DNA from: an uncultured Nitrospiraceae bacterium
Lineage (GTDB): Bacteria; Nitrospirota; Thermodesulfovibrionia; Thermodesulfovibrionales; SM23-35
Direction of reading: 5' to 3'
Assembly (NCBI GenBank): GCA_963727775.1
Contig: CAVSHB010000002.1
Location: 211,599-275,598 of the forward strand
DNA: 64,000 nt
The notes beneath the pieces are model-generated. The model saw only the letters and a list, made by a program, of their open reading frames with translations, made no database searches and was not told the DNA's origin. This document shows, piece by piece, positions 63,426-64,000 of the stretch. A program made the translations under genes and the position numbers. Positions within the stretch are counted from its first letter, which is position 1; each line of letters starts with the position of its first letter.

Positions 63426-64000
63426 AGAGCGGACCGCTCTTCTCAACCAATTACGGCAGTTTGTGTTTCTCATATTCCCAGAATTTGGCCGAATAATAAA
63501 GACGATATTCTGCAAAACATCCTTACATATACTCAAGAAATATACGACACCGGCAAAGGTATGCAGCGTAAATATAGAGAAACTTGGAGGGGAAATGAGG
63601 AGATGTAGCATGGGCAAATTCGGGGTAGAACATGCTACGGCGCTGATCAATTATGCAAAGACCACCATCGGTATTCAAGAAGGGTTGGACGGATTAGTTA
63701 TGGATATACAGCACGCCCTCGTCCAGCTGGAGATGGTCGATAGTCTCATAGCGGAACTGGAGCACGAGATGGAGACAACCCTACAGCGCATACCCTACAG
63801 TCGCAAACTCCTGTCAATCAAAGGGCTCGGGATAGTAACGGTAGCAGGGCTTATTGGTGAGATAGGCGACTTTACAAAGTTTAAAACGCAGTCTGAGATA
63901 GCGAAGCTTGCCGGTCTTGACCTGTACGAAGTAAGCTCCGGGAAAAGACAAGGACAGAGGAGGATATCAAAGAGGGGCAGAAGCCTGTTACGGAAAATAC
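63426..64000 (+). pseudogene. IS110-family transposase, 3' part (runs off the window end)
   Basis: My translation in the restored frame is KERTALLNQLRQFVFLIFPEF...LLSIKGLGIVTVAGLIGEIGDFTKFKTQSEIAKLAGLDLYEVSSGKRQGQRRISKRGRSLLRKI, which is the Transposase_20 domain. It has no stop inside the window, so it is absent from the ORF track. Confidence 0.85.

Overview
This 64-kb bacterial window has only a small housekeeping core. The rest is accessory DNA with many IS insertions. The taxon cannot be assigned from the sequence alone.

Housekeeping genes: a partial tandem universal stress protein, polA, an OprO/P-like porin, tRNA-Thr(CGU), a PIN protein, a YhaM-like HD nuclease, and a PAS histidine kinase / REC / REC-PAS-GGDEF-EAL operon.

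Mobile elements: I count nine IS elements or remnants.
- An ISL3 element is split by a nested IS4/IS1634-like element.
- There are two mosaic IS1380-family copies plus one distant relative.
- An IS1182-like element sits between two unrelated truncated genes.
- An IS21-family element interrupts a tyrosine recombinase gene.
- An IS110-family transposase gene is split by the second IS1380 copy.
For four of these insertions the target duplication can be read and the host reading frame restored.

Island at tRNA-Thr: a tyrosine integrase sits next to the tRNA. The region behind it carries phage-like regulators and stacked toxin-antitoxin/defence modules: AbiEi-like + nucleotidyltransferase, MntA/HepT, and an orphan MbcA/ParS-like antitoxin.

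Best candidates for a poorly described or undescribed system:
1. A tight two-gene operon at 20747-21716 encoding a DUF1863/MTH538-type TIR-like protein plus a 3-TM protein with no known ligand-binding domain.
2. A complete His-Xaa-Ser (HxsDBCA) twin radical-SAM peptide-maturation cluster at 25448-28834. Its precursor carries a signal peptide and eight consecutive HxS triplets.
3. Seven copies of a ~45-65 bp promoter-like module at 53-61 kb. Six lie upstream of minus-strand gene starts; the genes in this stretch include an aspartic protease, a chagasin-like inhibitor domain protein and a flotillin.

Other oddities: an in-frame TAG at the signal-peptide boundary of a small YDYD-repeat protein, an anti-sigma factor fused to a trypsin-like domain with a substituted catalytic triad, and ~210-bp inverted resolvase-gene repeats bracketing ~20 kb.
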